A stretch of 64,000 bases of DNA from Chiloscyllium plagiosum (GCF_004010195.1 NC_057750.1:16260550-16324549), one strand, 5' to 3'. Numbered from the stretch's first letter, positions 23,751 through 37,775 are shown. Notes: generated by a model from the sequence alone, not told the origin. Numbers and translations are program-made.

Positions 23751-26021
23751 AAAAACCCTGACCGACAATATGGTTATTGTAAGCTATGAATTCCGCCACA
23801 ATTCTTGCCTTGACGTTTTCTTATCTTAACACGAAATAAATCTATGTCTCGACATTCAGAGCAAAATCATCCCTCTCTGTATTGTCCTTATGTCATTGTT
23901 AATTAACCCTCTGCTTTTCCCTAACCACCTGTTGTCTGAAATGTCCTTAAATATTCAGGTCCCAGGACATTTCTCTGTGATGGGTATCAGACCATATGTA
24001 TTTATTTTTGTGAACTATCCGTTTACTTATGTTAACATGTTAACACATTAAATTAAAGATTGTGAGTTCTACATTTTTACTATTATTTCAATCTCCAGCT
24101 TGGTGCACTCTTGAGTTTCTGTACTCTGTCCTTTCCTGCTATATTGGTTATCATTTCCCTTGTAACTATCTTACTGTCTTGCCTATACTCTCTAATATAT
24201 CGCGTCTTCTCTTACTTGATCCTTGCCCCTATTATTTAATAGTCCTCATGTTCTCGGTCGTCCTCATTCTTGGGAACACTAGTTTCTGCACAATTCAGGT
24301 GAAAGTCATCTTAATGATCGAGCTTCCATTTTGACAGCAGTAGTAGTAATTCAAATCCATTTACCCACACCAATCTTTGAGCCACACAATCCTACTTACC
24401 CTCAGACAATTTACTTGTATCTTGGGTAATAATCCAAAGGTTATTACCTTTTTGAGGATCTGCTTTTCGATTTAGTCCTTAGTGGCTTGTACTCCAAGCC
24501 AAATCTTTTTCTTAGTACTATGTCATTGATACCTCTGATCATGTCGTTGTATCCTTGTCTTCCTGCTCACAGTTCTTCAGGTTAGATGAGAAGTCTCAAA
24601 TGCTGGCACTGGGCAGACAACACCAGTCTTTGGCATGTATTCTTTCGACTTTGGGGAACTGTCTCTTCCATTGACACCTACTATCACTACATTCCTATTG
24701 AATGGCCCTGCTTGAATGGCCTCAAGTGCCATGGTCTGTTTGCTCATCCACCCTGCAACATTCATGATTGTCATTTCAACTGTAAGAGCCTCAAGACTGT
24801 TGAACAGTTGAAAAGGCTGAGGCTCCTCTTTTTCTATATTCTCAATCCACATTCCTGCCTCACTTGCTCGCACTATCCTGACTCTGACTGTGAACCAAAC
24901 AGTGGCCCCGATATTAAAGGGTGTGATTACCTCTTGGAACAAAGTGTTCAAATAACTCTCCCACTCTTTGACTCATGGCAGTGTCTTCAACTCATCCTGC
25001 AGTTTAATGATTCAGAGCCAGAAGCATTTGCTGACGGTGTTTGCTTTGAATCACACACTTTACCTGCCACATGTGACCTGCTTGCCTTTATAGTGCTTAA
25101 TTGATTAACTGTTATACTGTCTTAACTCTTAATTAATGTTTCTAATCCTGCCTGTGTTTATGTTTTTATTTCAGTAAGTCGTCATCTTAGTCTGATTGAT
25201 ACTCTGTCATAAAATAAATAGACAATGCTCATCAGCTATTTGTCTACCTACATGTCTCCGATGTCACACCTCAAATTTTCTTTTTAATTTGTGTTTCTGA
25301 CTAGCTGCTGGTTACAAGCAGCAACTTGGCTTGTTGCATTCAGTCTTTTCTGGATGTGTACTTTCTCTTTTGCCTCTCACTGTCTTCCAAAATGAACTCT
25401 CTATCTCTGCACTGTGGGTTAAGATCCCACTACTCTGACTGGCTCCCAAAATCTAATGTGACTGATTGCAGCTACCATGTTGAAATCCATTAACTAGTTA
25501 GATTAGAAATTCACCCCTGGTTACCTTGGATCCATTTGTTATTGCTTTTATCTACTGAGCCATGAAAGTATGTATCTAACAGTAAGTTTCTTAGAAACAT
25601 TATACAAAATTTGGATGGTTGTCTGTACCGCTATAGTCTATCAATGAAGTCAGACTGAGTGTGTGTAAGTTTCACTTCCTTCTAGGAATGTGGACAGGAG
25701 TTGTGGACCCTTTTGGGGTCTGGGCCAGCGAGCATCTGATCAATGTGACATTGAAGATGAACGTTGTGGGAACATCCTGCACACAACTTTCAGCTTTACC
25801 ATCAGAAAACGTTGGGGTTACTTACATTCTGGGCTGCCCCACATAAGTTGTCAAACCTGTGAAATTTCAGAATATGCGTGAGATGATGCTGCTCCTTTAC
25901 CAAGGTTATGCTGTCCTTGACCTTTTTTTTCCAGAGACGTCACTAAAGCAGCAATTCCAAAAAGGTCTAAATTGAAGGGTTTTAGGGCCAATTTGGTTAT
26001 AGCTAATAGATGCTGCCTTGG

Positions 26022-26233
26022 CTGGAAATGTGTTGCTGGAAAAGCGCAGCAGGTCAGGCAGCATCCAGGGAACAGGAGAATCGACGTTTCGGGCATAAGC
26101 CCTTCTTCAGGAAGGCTTATGCCCGAAACGTCGATTCTCCTGTTCCCTGGATGCTGCCTGACCTGCTGCGCTTTTCCAGCAACACATTTCCAGCTCTGAT
26201 CTCCAGCATCTGCAGACCTCACTTTCTCCTCAA
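26022..26233. mobile_element. 212-bp near-perfect fold-back PLE derivative with 14-bp TSD
   Basis: TSD AGATGCTGCCTTGG (26008-26021) / AGATACTGCCTTGG (26234-26247). About 80-bp arms are almost exact reverse complements. Confidence 0.9.
26083..26110 (-). ncRNA. Minimal hammerhead ribozyme motif
   Basis: Minus strand reads CTGAAGA-A-GGGC-TTAT-GCCC-GAAACGTC. Confidence 0.65.
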
Positions 26234-26529
26234 AGATACTGCCTTGGGCAAAGGGCTTTCAGATTTTTTTTTAAAAAGCACATGAACGATGAAAGGGGAA
26301 TGGCCAGTTCTCCCAGCTCAGCTTTTCTTTGGTTTGAGTTTTAGCAAGTCAGTCAGTTTTGAGGCTGCTATATGGAAGAAGGTGTTCCATGCTGAATCTC
26401 TCTGCTCTCTCTCTCTGTCTCCTGTAAGACAGTGTTTGATTTTTCCTTTTTTGCCAAGGGATGTTTATGGGGATTGTGGCAAGTATTTGGAACAGCATCA
26501 TTAAGTTGGGATAATCTTTCAGATAAGTT

Positions 26530-29231
26530 TTTGCTTCGTGCTGTGACTTATGATAGTGGGATCTTGTTACTACACAGTCTGGAAAACTTCCAGGGTATTT
26601 TTCTTTTAAACTCCTCAGTTCCCTTATCTTCCTTTGGCTTCTCCACAACAAGGGGTGTCACTCCCAAGTTGGATCCTGCTAAATTGTTCCCAAGAACAAA
26701 CTGTATTCCTGGAACTAACACTCTGTCAATCACTCTCACTGTTACTTCCCCAGTCTTGATTTGGCACTCCAACCTGATTTTACTTAAGGGAACGCTAAAT
26801 TTCTGTCCATCTGTCCCACAAATTACCACTCTCAGGTAACAGGTCAGAAAGAGTACAAATACGTTCATCTCTTACTATTAGAGACTGATTAGATCTTTTC
26901 TTTTCCTTCTCCCTGTTCTTTCTGAGTAAACTTTACCCACAGTGGTGAATTCTTTATAGAGATCAGGCACTATCTCAATACCCAGCCCCGGCTAGGCTGT
27001 GCACTCTCCTACAGCTCCTCAATTTTTCTTGGGTTTTCCTTTTACTGCTTTCACTAATACCACTGGTTTAACTTGTTTTACCACATCTTTTCCCACAGCA
27101 CCTTTCTTTAACGACCAGCGCTGTGACTTTACGGGTCCCACCTTACCACAATGGTAACATTTCACTTCCCTTGGGCTTCTTTTTTAACCTGTGGTAAGCC
27201 AGTTACCAGTGTGCTGTACTCTTTGTTTTGTAGTTGAGGATCTCCTCTTCTCCCAATTTCTATCCCTCACAGAATGAAATTTTTGCCGGAAGATACATTT
27301 TACCTTATTCACCTGTGCATATTCATCTGCCATCTCTGCTGCTCTTCTCACTCCTTGAACTTTCTGTTCATCCATATAATTCTTATCATCTCTGGGAGTG
27401 AGTTTTTAAACTCTGCCAGCAGAATATCCTCTCTGAGCTTTATCAGTCTTATCTATTTTTAAAGCCTACACCCATCTTTCAAAATTGCTATGTTTAATTC
27501 TTTCAAACTCAACGCAAGTCTGACCGATGTCATCCTTTATGTTTCTGAACCCCTGTCTATTTGCTTCTGGTACCAATTCATAAGCACTCAAAATAGCCTG
27601 TTTGACATCTGCATAACCTCTTGACCCCTCATCTAACAGTGCTGTAAATACCTCACTCGCTCTGCCTACCATATTAAAGAACCGAAACCAGCAAACCCAT
27701 TCTAAAAGATGAAAGATTTAACAGTCTAGGCTTGTTCTTCTGTCATTTCAGCTGCATGACACTGTAATCTTTTGCTAGAAGTTCTGTCTCCTATGGTCCT
27801 GCTTCACAATCACCTGATGAAGCAGCAGCACTCCAAAAGCTAGTGCTTCCAAATAAATCTGTTGGAGTATAACCTGGCGTTATGATTTTTAACTTTGCCA
27901 ACCAGCTTAATCTCAACTGGCATTGCCCACAAGTTCTCTGACCAGTTCATTTGCCTAGCCAATTTTTCAAATGCAATGAAGAAGGCTTCGACACCTTTCC
28001 ACATTATGATGAAAAATGTTTTAACATATTTGTATACATTACTATCTTCTGCCTTCATATCCATCCTGTTAACTTGACTTTCTTGACTAATTCGCAACTT
28101 CTGAAGTTCAAATTCTCTCTCCCTTTCTCTTTCTTCTCTCTTTTTGCACTCTCATGGTTCTTCTTTCCCTTTCTTGGTCTTCTAATTCCATTTTCCTCAA
28201 TTGTAATTTAAGTTTTTCTAACTACTGCACTTGCCTGTTACTCTGCTTGAGTAACTCCCTTACAATTTCAGCTTTACTCTTGTGCCTGGTTAAACCCAAT
28301 TCTAACCTATTTGTTAATTCTAAAAGTGTGGCTGCCTTCTGTCTTTCTAAACTTTTTTGGCAAATTTAGGAATCATCTTCAAACCCCAGAACTTAATTAG
28401 CAATTTTAAGAGCCATTTTTCTAACTTCTAATTTAACCAATCACAAGTAACCAAAATTATATTGTCTCACCTACGTTTCATTTAAAGGTCTAGGACACTA
28501 ACCGGCAAGTGTCTACTAATTAAACCAAACACCCAGAAAAGCTCACCTCGCCTCGTAATCTGTTAAAATATGAATGTCAGAGACCTCCCAAATTCCACTA
28601 TTTAAAGAAAATAATATCAATTTATTCCCTAACTCTAAAAATGAGCATTAAGCAACAAATATTCATAACTCGAAGCCCCCCCCCCTTTTTCTTAACTGCT
28701 TGTTACCTGCCTCCAGCTCTCTAACAATATACTGTTCCAAGAAAAACACTTATTAAAATTATAGCAACTTAATTTCAAAACCACACGGCTACCGTCATCA
28801 TCAGTGTCTCTCTTCTTTGGGCTAAAGATCTCCCTGGGTCGTCATCTATCTTTTACTGCGAATATTTTTATATGAAAAGGTACCCTTTGATAGAGAGCAT
28901 TTTGATGGCAGTTACTGTCTGACTTTCAAAATGCCTGCCTTTTTTATCCCCCCACATTGGATTGTCTCATTGGCTCGATGTTGGCCAAACAATAAATTCA
29001 AATTCGATTGGGTTTTAGTAACCTGGAGCATAATTTAAACTGGTTAAATTCGAATTGTTGTCAAAACAGCAAAAATTCCGCCATCCATTTCACAGCCAAA
29101 TGTTACATTTTCAATTTTCCGGTACACTCTGAGACTACTAGTTAGTCACAAGACAGGTTCTTGTTAGCTCTCAGTGCAAAACAGCATTCACTCTCTCTTA
29201 ACGGTGCAGTGCACGTTTTCAATTTCATAAC
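26530..29231 (-). mobile_element. Decayed Gypsy (Gmr1-like) LTR retrotransposon: LTR-like block (about 28510-29231), gag and protease remnants
   Basis: Minus-strand FFIAFEKLARQMNW; KLVGRASEVF..YADVKQAILSAYELVPEA; degenerate zinc knuckle KCYHCGKVG near 27160; protease-like VVICG..VPL..GIQFVLGNNLAG. Probable gag ATG at 28416. Confidence 0.8.
27673..27896 (+). mobile_element. Short PLE 3' fragment (another family) inserted in the Gypsy gag, with decayed hammerhead motif
   Basis: Flanked by tgcctacca / tgccaacca; CAC-CTGATGA-A-GCAG-CAGCA-CTCC-AAAA-GCTA-GTG at 27811-27845. Confidence 0.7.
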
Positions 29232-29239
29232 TGGTCTCA

Positions 29240-30120
29240 ACTCTTTACAATTCATAGAAATGATTTGGATGAAGAGATCACAAGTATGGTAGCGAAATTT
29301 GCTCATGATACAGTTGGGTAGGAAAGTGAGTTGTGAAGAGGCTATCAGGACCCTACAAAGACACAGGTTGCAAGTGTGCGAAAATATGAAGTGAAATGTG
29401 GAAAAGTGTGCATTTGTCCGTTTTGGCAGAAAATCATTTTAAAAAAGCATAATCTAAGTGGTGAGAGGTAAGGTACCGTAAGATCTGGGTACCATTTTGC
29501 ATGAATCTCAGGTTAGTATGCAGAGATATGGTTTATTGTGAGGGGAGTTGAATTCAAAAGTAGAGAGGTTATGCTTCAGTTATACAGGGCATTGGTGATA
29601 CTGTATCCTCAGTATTGCGTCTAGTACTGGTCACTGTACTTACAGATGGAAGTTAATATGTTGGAAGCCGTTCAGAGAAGGTTTACTAGACCCATACCTG
29701 GAGTGAGTATGTTGCCGTTGGAATGAGGAAAGTCTAAGTCTGTATCCTGGAGTTTACAGAAGTCAGAGCTGATTTAATTGAAACGTATAAGATCCTGACG
29801 GGATTTTACTGGGTGGATGTTGAAAGCATGTTTCGTCTCGTGAGAGAATCTAGAACTGGGGGGCATAATCTTAAGAATAAGGAGGGACCCATTTAAAACA
29901 GATGAGGAAACATTTTTTCTCTTGAGGGTTCTGATCTTTGGAATCGCCTTCCTCGAAAGGCATTAGATTCAAAATCTTTAAATGTTTTTAAAGGCCGAGA
30001 TAGATTCTTGATTATCAGGGTGATGCAGGAATGTGGAGTTGAGGTTAAAATCAGATCAGTCATGATCATATTGAATGGCAAAGCAGCCTTCAAGGGCTTG
30101 AGTGGCCTATTCTTCCTTTT
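29240..30120 (+). mobile_element. Older CR1 3' fragment
   Basis: Decayed NDLDE..KFA(D)D..VQRRFTR..DLIETYKILTG and 3' UTR. Confidence 0.8.
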
Positions 30121-33100
30121 GTTGTGCATTCATGTCCTCTGGTTGCTGACCCACTTGCCAGCAGAAGCTCTATCAAATCGTTCGTTGAATGCCTAATAAA
30201 ATCACTTTTTAGATTTCTGTACTCCAAGCATGTGACCTTGGTTTCACAAAAGTTAATGTCCTAATTCCTGGTAACAATCTTGTAAACTCCTGCACTTTCT
30301 CCATCCATCCTTAGTCTGACACCCAGAATTCTTCATATTTTAACTGCGACCCAAGCTGTGATTTTTTTTCTTAATGGGGATAAGCATAACTCTTTTCGTA
30401 TTCTGTAGCTCCAATGAAACATTCTGCCTGTGTTTTTAAAAAAGACTTTATAAATTAGTTCTGCCACCACTTATTCCACGTCACTCCCCTTTAAAATTAC
30501 ATCAACTGCCTCTCCTCAATTTTCTTCCGAATACCAAGCTGTCTTTATCTTTTCTGTTTTATCTTATTATTATTCCAAAAGGCCATCAATATTGTCACAG
30601 TTCAGTCAGTACATTTACTCAGAGTCATCAAGGATAACCTGATTTTTAGGGAGATTCAAAGAGGATTACTAAGGCAGCATAGTTCAGCAGCCATTCTTGG
30701 TAATCAAGACTATTGGTAGTTGTAATTTTATTGGCCGCTTAAACATAAATGAAAGATAATTTGAGTCAATAGCAGTATCTTATTAGGAAATGTTGGTCAA
30801 GATGTGTTTGCTGACTGATTACAATCTGTAATGCTGTAAATCCAGTACCTTAATTTACCGTGGCCGAGGTTATTGCGGAAATGATAAACCCGGTTTTTAG
30901 CTTCTGGGAAAATGAAACTTCTGCAGTCCTTGAGTTCCACCATTAGAGGCCAGTGCGGTGTTGACATATTCTGCTAACAGCATCTAATGCCTGGGCCTGA
31001 GTAGCGGAAAAATTGCGACACTGGCCAAAACACACATTTTAGTTTAGATGTTCCAGTATGTCGGGATGGGGAGCAGAAACCAAATCTTTAATCCTAAGAG
31101 CCTGACCATCCGGATTTGTACAGATTGGATGTCCAAAATCTGGTGGTCCAATAACAAAGCATTTTCAAACATATTTCTCTTGAATGAATTAAGATATGTT
31201 GTCCAAATTCTCAGCTAGACACTAGTCCTTCGTGACATGCCAGACCAGTTATCCACTTTGTTTACGCTGTCATATTGGTCTAAATCTCATGCTCCAAGTT
31301 GACTCGCCCAATTTGGCCAGAAGCACGTCACCTATCCCCCTACACTGTTCATGTTGTTACAATGAAAGCAGAATATTGTGGATGTTGGAAATCTGAAATA
31401 AAAATAAAATGCTGGAGGAACTCCGATCTGGCAGCATCGGTGAAGAGTGAAACAGAGTTAACCTTTTGAATCTGTGACTTTTGAGCGCACCAGATATGTT
31501 CCTTTTGGTGTTGTTGTTGCATATATTTCATTTAGATACACTGATATTCATTGTGATTTTTAGCGTTTTATGATTGCAAGATTAGTTTCCAAAATGTTTC
31601 AAGGGAGTAAGAAGATTTCTAGTTTATTATGTAGACAAGGTAACAGGCAAATTTAATTGGACCGATTTGAGAAGCATTTTGTTCCTGAGGCTTTCATTTA
31701 TTGTTTGTCAGCTAGGTTTGATGAAAAGTATAAGTTATTGTTACAAACTTATGAATTAGGAACTGGATGGAGTAGGCCACTTGGCCTCAAGTCTGGTCAG
31801 TCATTTAAGATTGTGGCTATTTGATCACCCCACATTCCCACTCATCTCCAATAACCTTTCACCTTTGTGTTGCTTGATAATCACTCAATATAACATGACC
31901 AACATCTGGCAGAGTCTTCATTCTGAGGGTGCCTCATCTTAAATTTTCAACATGTATGTCCTCCTTAGCCATTTTCCATTGCAACTTCTCCTGAAAACCT
32001 AGAAGCTTTTTCCTATCAACACACACTTTCATTTTTCTGTGTATTAAATCGTTGAGAGAGGGCAAAGCTTAAGAGACCACCTGACACCTATGTCTGGGGG
32101 TAGTTCTACTGCTAGTGTGTGCAGTGATAAGTAAGGGCTGTCAAAGGGAACGTCAAAAGGAACTAATGTGGCATATCACAATTTGACTTCTGACAATTAG
32201 ATTAGAAGCAAAAGGGTCGTCATCAATAACTCGGTCTGCTCCTGTTCCAAAGTTTCATAAGCAAAGTAACGGTTATGATGTGTGGCACCCAGAGGTTATG
32301 TTCGCATTTAATTGCAGGAAGTTGTGAAATTGAATTCAGTAAATCTGGTAGTTAGAACCTCAACAGCAGGTCAAGATTAAAAAATAACCATTTTGTTGCT
32401 TCACACCCTAATTGGTTTACTTCAGTGGAAGGCAATGTCGTCTCCGTCTGACTTGGTTCCTTCACTTTGTTCTGATTTGAAATGCCTCCTGAATTGGCTG
32501 AGCAAGCTGCTATGTAACCTGAGCAACACGTAGATGGGTAATGACCTTGCAGTGGTATCCATGATGTACTAGAGGAGCTTGTGGAGGCAGGAGTCTAGAC
32601 CAGTGTTCGCTATATAGTTGCTTCAGTGTGGTGATAGCTGGTTAAAGCCACCATCAGATTGTTAGCTTGCCTCAGTAAAGAGCTGGAGGAGCAAACCCGT
32701 ACTACTTCTGTGTCTGTTTGTTGGTGTGGATACGGCATCTTTACTTGACACCTTTTTTGTTATAAGGTACAAATTGGTGAAATGGCTGAGCTAATAAGGA
32801 AGAAAAATCTGCTTCACATGAACCTCAGTAAAAACAGTGGATCTGGCAGCTTTAATCTTCAGAAAAGGACAAAATTGCCTCGAGTTATTTTTGTTTTTCT
32901 TAACAAATGCTGGTATTAATCATGGGTGCACACAGTCTGGCTACTTTTAACAGCCTTGTTTTCTTTACTGTTACGCACTCATTCAGACAAAAAAATTCTC
33001 AAAGATGGACTGGGCACAGAACAAAATCTCCCAACTAATTAATCACTACCTCATTGTTAATAAAATCCTTTCAATTTGCATATTAATTAGCTGCAGATTA

Positions 33101-34389
33101 ATACCATGATTAAAACGAGATGAATTGGTTTTAATAGATTAACATGAAATGATCAAACTCAGATGTGTTTTTGCCTGCATGGCACTCGTTCATTGTATTA
33201 TAAATGTTGTCATGTGTGACTGGAGGGTCTGAGCCTAGCAGGCTTGTCTTTCTGATTGTTCTTTAGAACAGGCATTCAAGCTGTGACATAGCTGCTGCAG
33301 GTTGGAGCTAGGGTTAAAGAAAAGGTTACTAAAGAAGAGGTGGCTATAGGGATACATTATGTTAACTTGGAAAAATGATGGGGTTATCCTGATAGTTTAG
33401 CTGTTTAAGATAGTTGCTTCATAATCCTGATATTGCCAGAAAGGAAGAATTGCATTGTTCATTGTTGATTTACTGAATTTTGTAGCAGTTTGCCACATGG
33501 ATTGAAGAGACAGATGTCTAGTCCTACTTTGCATGAATGTTTTAAATGACAAGATAACCATAACAAGCAAACCTGCAGTGTAAGTGACTAGTGCAATCAG
33601 GGCAACAGGTAAGAATAAAGTGGCCAAGTCACTTATATCGCCAAACCTGAGTTTGTAACCAGAATAATTTTTGTTCTATTCAGCTGTCCTCCAGCCAATC
33701 TTCAATGTTCACTATTCAGTTTCCGAGATCTACTGCAAGCGTTAGGATAGGTTTAAGAGCTATTGAAGTCACTTTGTATTTTACATGTGGTGTAGGCTGA
33801 ATGCTGCCATAATGACAATAAAAAATAAAGGTTTACATGGATCTAATGCTTTTCACACACTTGGAACATTCCAGTGTTTTACAGCCAGTTAAATATGTTA
33901 GCAATATAATCGCTGTTTTAACATAGGAAATAACATATGTCGCTTTAATGCACTCGAGTTGCCATTTGTCCCTACTGCTATTCATCTTCTCACTATCCAG
34001 TAGCTCAAGAAAGAATTTGCAAAATTAATGTTAACCCCTCTTGCACTGAAGACTCTTGTTATCTGATCCTGCTAAGTTAATTTGGAACTCTTGTTTGTCA
34101 CAAAGTTACTTCTGCATGTCAGAACTCTATAACTTAATGTGTCAGGTGGATTGTTTAATACGTTCTACATCTTGCAGTCGTCAAACTAGAATCTGACCCA
34201 TATAATCTTGTGCTGTTAAATCTCTGATCAGGTAACTTGCCCCACCAAACATGTCAATTTGTATTAGTCCTTCAAGTAGTCTTCAGCACACCTACTGAAC
34301 TTCTGCCATCCGTTTTTGCTTTCATTTACAATCTGTAGTTAGAATTTATGTGTCACTTAGTTTATTCATTCTGAGGCAGTGAGGGTCTC

Positions 34390-35050
34390 TTGTACTCAGT
34401 GATCACATAACTTTCTTTTACATCTGACAACTGAACGGGCACCCATTTATCTTTGGCAGAAAGACCTCAAACAGTGACCTTTCCCCACTGTGCCTTGGTG
34501 GCAGCTGCCCTAAGTTTTAGTGCAACTCTCAGCATATAGTCCTGGACCTTGGAACGTGCTAGCCTGCAAAACTCTCAGTTGGGGTCAACTCGTTGTTTTG
34601 GAAGACCAACACGTTTCTGGCTGACCGAAGAGCATCTTTCACTGAGTTGATGATCCTCCAGGTGCAGTTGATGTTTGTCTCGGGGTGTGCATGCTGGGGA
34701 ACAGACCGTGGAGCACAGAGTCCTACATCATGGAGCTGTTAGGGATGAATCTTGATAAAAACCACTACACTTTTCTCCAGACTTGCTTTGCAAAGGCATA
34801 TTCCAGAAGGAGATGTGTGACTGTCTCAACCTCCCAGCAGCTGCTTGAGGGCAGCGTGCAGTGGCACAGACGAACCTAGCATACAAGAAGTATCTCATAG
34901 GTAGTGCACTTCTCATCACCAGCCAAGTGATGTCTTGGTGCTTGTTGGGAAGTTCTGGTGAAGAGGCATTCTGCCAAATGACTACCCTCCTTTTCCAGCA
35001 GGATCTCAGATGCTACGTGCTGACCGCTTCCTGATGGACTTGTGGTCTAA
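34390..35050 (-). mobile_element. L1/Tx1-clade LINE ORF2 C-terminal fragment
   Basis: Minus-strand IWQNASSPELPNKHQDITWLVMRSALP..ARCP..ETVTHLLLE..FAKQVW (CCHC knuckle region). Confidence 0.75.
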
Positions 35051-35055
35051 TAATG

Positions 35056-35237
35056 TGGTTCTGGAAAAACACAGCCAGTCAGGCAGCATCTGAGGAGCAG
35101 GAGAATCGAGCCTTCATCAAGGCTTATGCCCGAAACGTCGACTCTACTGCTCCTCAGATGCTGCCTGACTGGCTGTGCTTTTCCAGCACCACAATCTTTG
35201 ACCCTGATCTCCAGCATCTGTAGTCCTGACTTTCTCC
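35056..35237. mobile_element. Fold-back PLE derivative with collapsed centre
   Basis: Arms ctggaaaaacacagccagtcaggcagcatctgaggagcag versus ctgctcctcagatgctgcctgactggctgtgcttttccag; degenerate TSD cttgtggtc / cttgtgatc. Confidence 0.8.
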
Positions 35238-35429
35238 TTGTGATCAAAGATGTTTTTCTTTGCAAATTTCTCAACAAAGGACAGGTGATAAGTAATGGTC
35301 CAACTACTTGGAGCATTCTGTGGCAAAGAGGCCAGTCCCATTCTTTGCAACACCAGGGACAGGTTGAACTTCAGTACACAGTGACGCTTGGTGTTTATCT
35401 ACCAAGGATCTATGCACAGTTTGCAGCTG

Positions 35430-35790
35430 CATAAAGGGTTTTGGGTTCAGATCCTCACTGCAGACACTTGGCACACAATCCAAGCTGACAGTATTCATGG
35501 AACACTATTGTCAGAGTTACTGCCTTTCAGAAGAGATGTCTGCCTTCTTGTTTAGAATAAAGTATTTGTGAGCTCTCCCAACTGCCCTTGTCAATATTTT
35601 TCCCTGAAGTAATAACACTAAAAAGAATTTTTCTGTTCATTTTCATATTGCTAGTTCTGGGATCTTGCTATGTGCAGATTGGCAGCTCCTTTCCTATAAC
35701 TGTGACTGCAACACAAAAATGCTTCATTTTCTGCAGAGGTTTTGGATCATGCTGAGGTTGTGAAAGGCAGTGTGCAGGTTGAAGTACTTT
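35430..35790 (+). mobile_element. Old DeuSINE-like (SacSINE/AmnSINE-type) element
   Basis: B-box-like gggttcagatcc, Deu-domain-like ttgctagttctgggatcttgctatgtgcagattggcagc, tail ...gaggttgtgaaaggc. Related relics at about 13290-13410 (-) and 53170-53480 (-). Confidence 0.55.
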
Positions 35791-37457
35791 TCATTTTATG
35801 TTGAATCTAGCTGGGCTGAATACAGGGGTCAGGAGTGCTTGATGGGGCTGATAGATTTGGGGTGAATCTATCAGGATTCCATGCCACTGATTGCATTTTG
35901 AAGTGATGCTTCAGGGAAATTGAATGGGATTGGGATTGAGCTGAGCTTGTGTCTCATAGTGGAGTAGTGTGCTGACACACTCAGTCCAGACTCGTCTGAA
36001 ATAATGACTTTAGACCAGGTGTCTGTGAAACTGCAGTCAGGTTGAGTTATTGACTTCAGGACAGGAAGGGAGAAAATTGGGATGGTTTTGGGGTGGTGAA
36101 ATCGGTCTGTTATGAGTATGTGTATTGTGTATGACAAAAAAATATTTCTACAGGCAAGCTGCCCCACAGAGGGTGTGCAATTTAACGGGGTCAGTTCTGC
36201 TCAATCTGTCTATGCAAATTTAATATACTGAGTCTGCAGTACACCTCCTGGTCTCGGTATAAGCATCCTATTATATTCCTTTATGAAATAGACAAAAACT
36301 CACTGCAGGGGCCCTTGGTTTGATTTATGGTATTTACACACGGAATGAAGCCAGTCTAATCCCTTTCTCAGCACAACAACAGAATACTTAACTCACTAGT
36401 CTCAATGTGAACTGTACATGTAAAGGGCTGTGGTAAATGGCTTCAGGTAAGCAGTATTAATGTTGAGCCAGGTATGATTATATAAATTAAGTTCCATTGA
36501 GAAACATATTGAGTTTGAGTACCTAATTATCTGCAATATGGACTTGTGACCCTTTGGGAATCTAGTGTTAACAGGAATATTTTCGACTGTTCTACTTCCT
36601 TATGTTTTAAATATTTACAAATCTGAATTTTTAACAGAGATGCATTCAATTTGAAGATAATTCACAGTTTAATTTAAGCACACAGTGTAAATGCAAAATA
36701 CCTAACGTGCTTAAATGAGCCTTCTGGTGTATGTGTTCAAGGGCTTTCTCATGGTAAGTACGTAAGACAAGAAAGCCAGAGCAAAGAAATGCACTTCACA
36801 ATTCTAATAAGATTTACGAAACATTGGATAAAGGAGCTGTTTGCACTGTGCTGAGGGAACAGCTGTACTTTTGCATTAACAGCGCTTGACCCAGTGTAAG
36901 GACAGCAGGTCAGGGTGAGAGGAGAGGCCTACCGTGGCTCCACATTGCCCTTTAGGCATGGCTACAGGGAGCATGGTGGCAAATGGTGTAATGAAGCATA
37001 ATGAGGACCTTTGGGGGCTGAAACAAAATGGCAGTCCCCAAGGATCCAGAGCTCAGGCCTCCCAGCTGCTTTGCTGTAACATATTGCACAGCAGAAACAC
37101 AAATTTTGAAACATTCTCCCACAGGAGTCCAAATGCTGTTTAGGACAAGGGTCTGAGGCTGCACTGAAGGCATTAGGGATGTAAAATCAACTGGTTTAGC
37201 AGAGAGTGAAGGGATTTGATTTAAAACTGCTTTGTGAATGTTTAAAGTATGAAAGGGAGTTTTGCTTCACCTGCCAACTATGACCAGGTTAGCACATGTT
37301 GTACGGCGTGTAAGGTGTTAATGATTCAATAGATTGTTTTGCTTTGTCCATGCAAGTTTCCAGTCCTTTTAATGTTCTAAATGTCTTGTTGTAACATGCT
37401 GTTTGCAGTCTTTTGATTTTACAATCTGGTAAATATTAGGTGTTGAGGTCAAGAATC

Positions 37458-37775
37458 ATAGAATCCACTATAGTGCAGAAAGAGGCTACTCAGCCCACCA
37501 AGTCTGCACGGATCCTCCAAACCCAGACCCTTACTCTATCCCTGTAACCTCACATTTTACCATGACCATCCCACACAAGCTTGGACTCTCCAGGGCAGTT
37601 TAGCATCAATCCGCCTAACTTACACATCTTTGAACTGTGGGAAGAAACTGGAAACATACGCAGACATGGGGAGAACATGCGAACTCCACACAGATGGTCA
37701 CAGAGGCTCAAATTAAACCTGGATCACTGACGCTGTTAAGCAGCAGTGGTAACCACTGAGCCACTGTGCTGCCGA
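37458..37775 (-). mobile_element. HE1-type SINE (diverged)
   Basis: Reverse complement of the HE1 head and V-domain. Confidence 0.8.

Larger units (their letters stand above)
19510..25100 (-). mobile_element. Old, long CR1-type LINE relic (ORF1 to 3' UTR), interrupted by younger PLE, CR1 and SINE insertions
   Basis: 3' UTR-like sequence near 19510-19800, RT/APE-like remnants 20050-24400, and ORF1-like remnant at 24577-24951 (EEPQPFQLFNSLEAL...NRNVVIVG). Heavily decayed. Confidence 0.6.

Noticed and set aside
26022..26233. Palindrome as assembly artefact or miRNA gene
   Set aside because: The flanking TSD and several independent similar copies indicate real mobile-element insertions; there is no sequence-only support for a miRNA.
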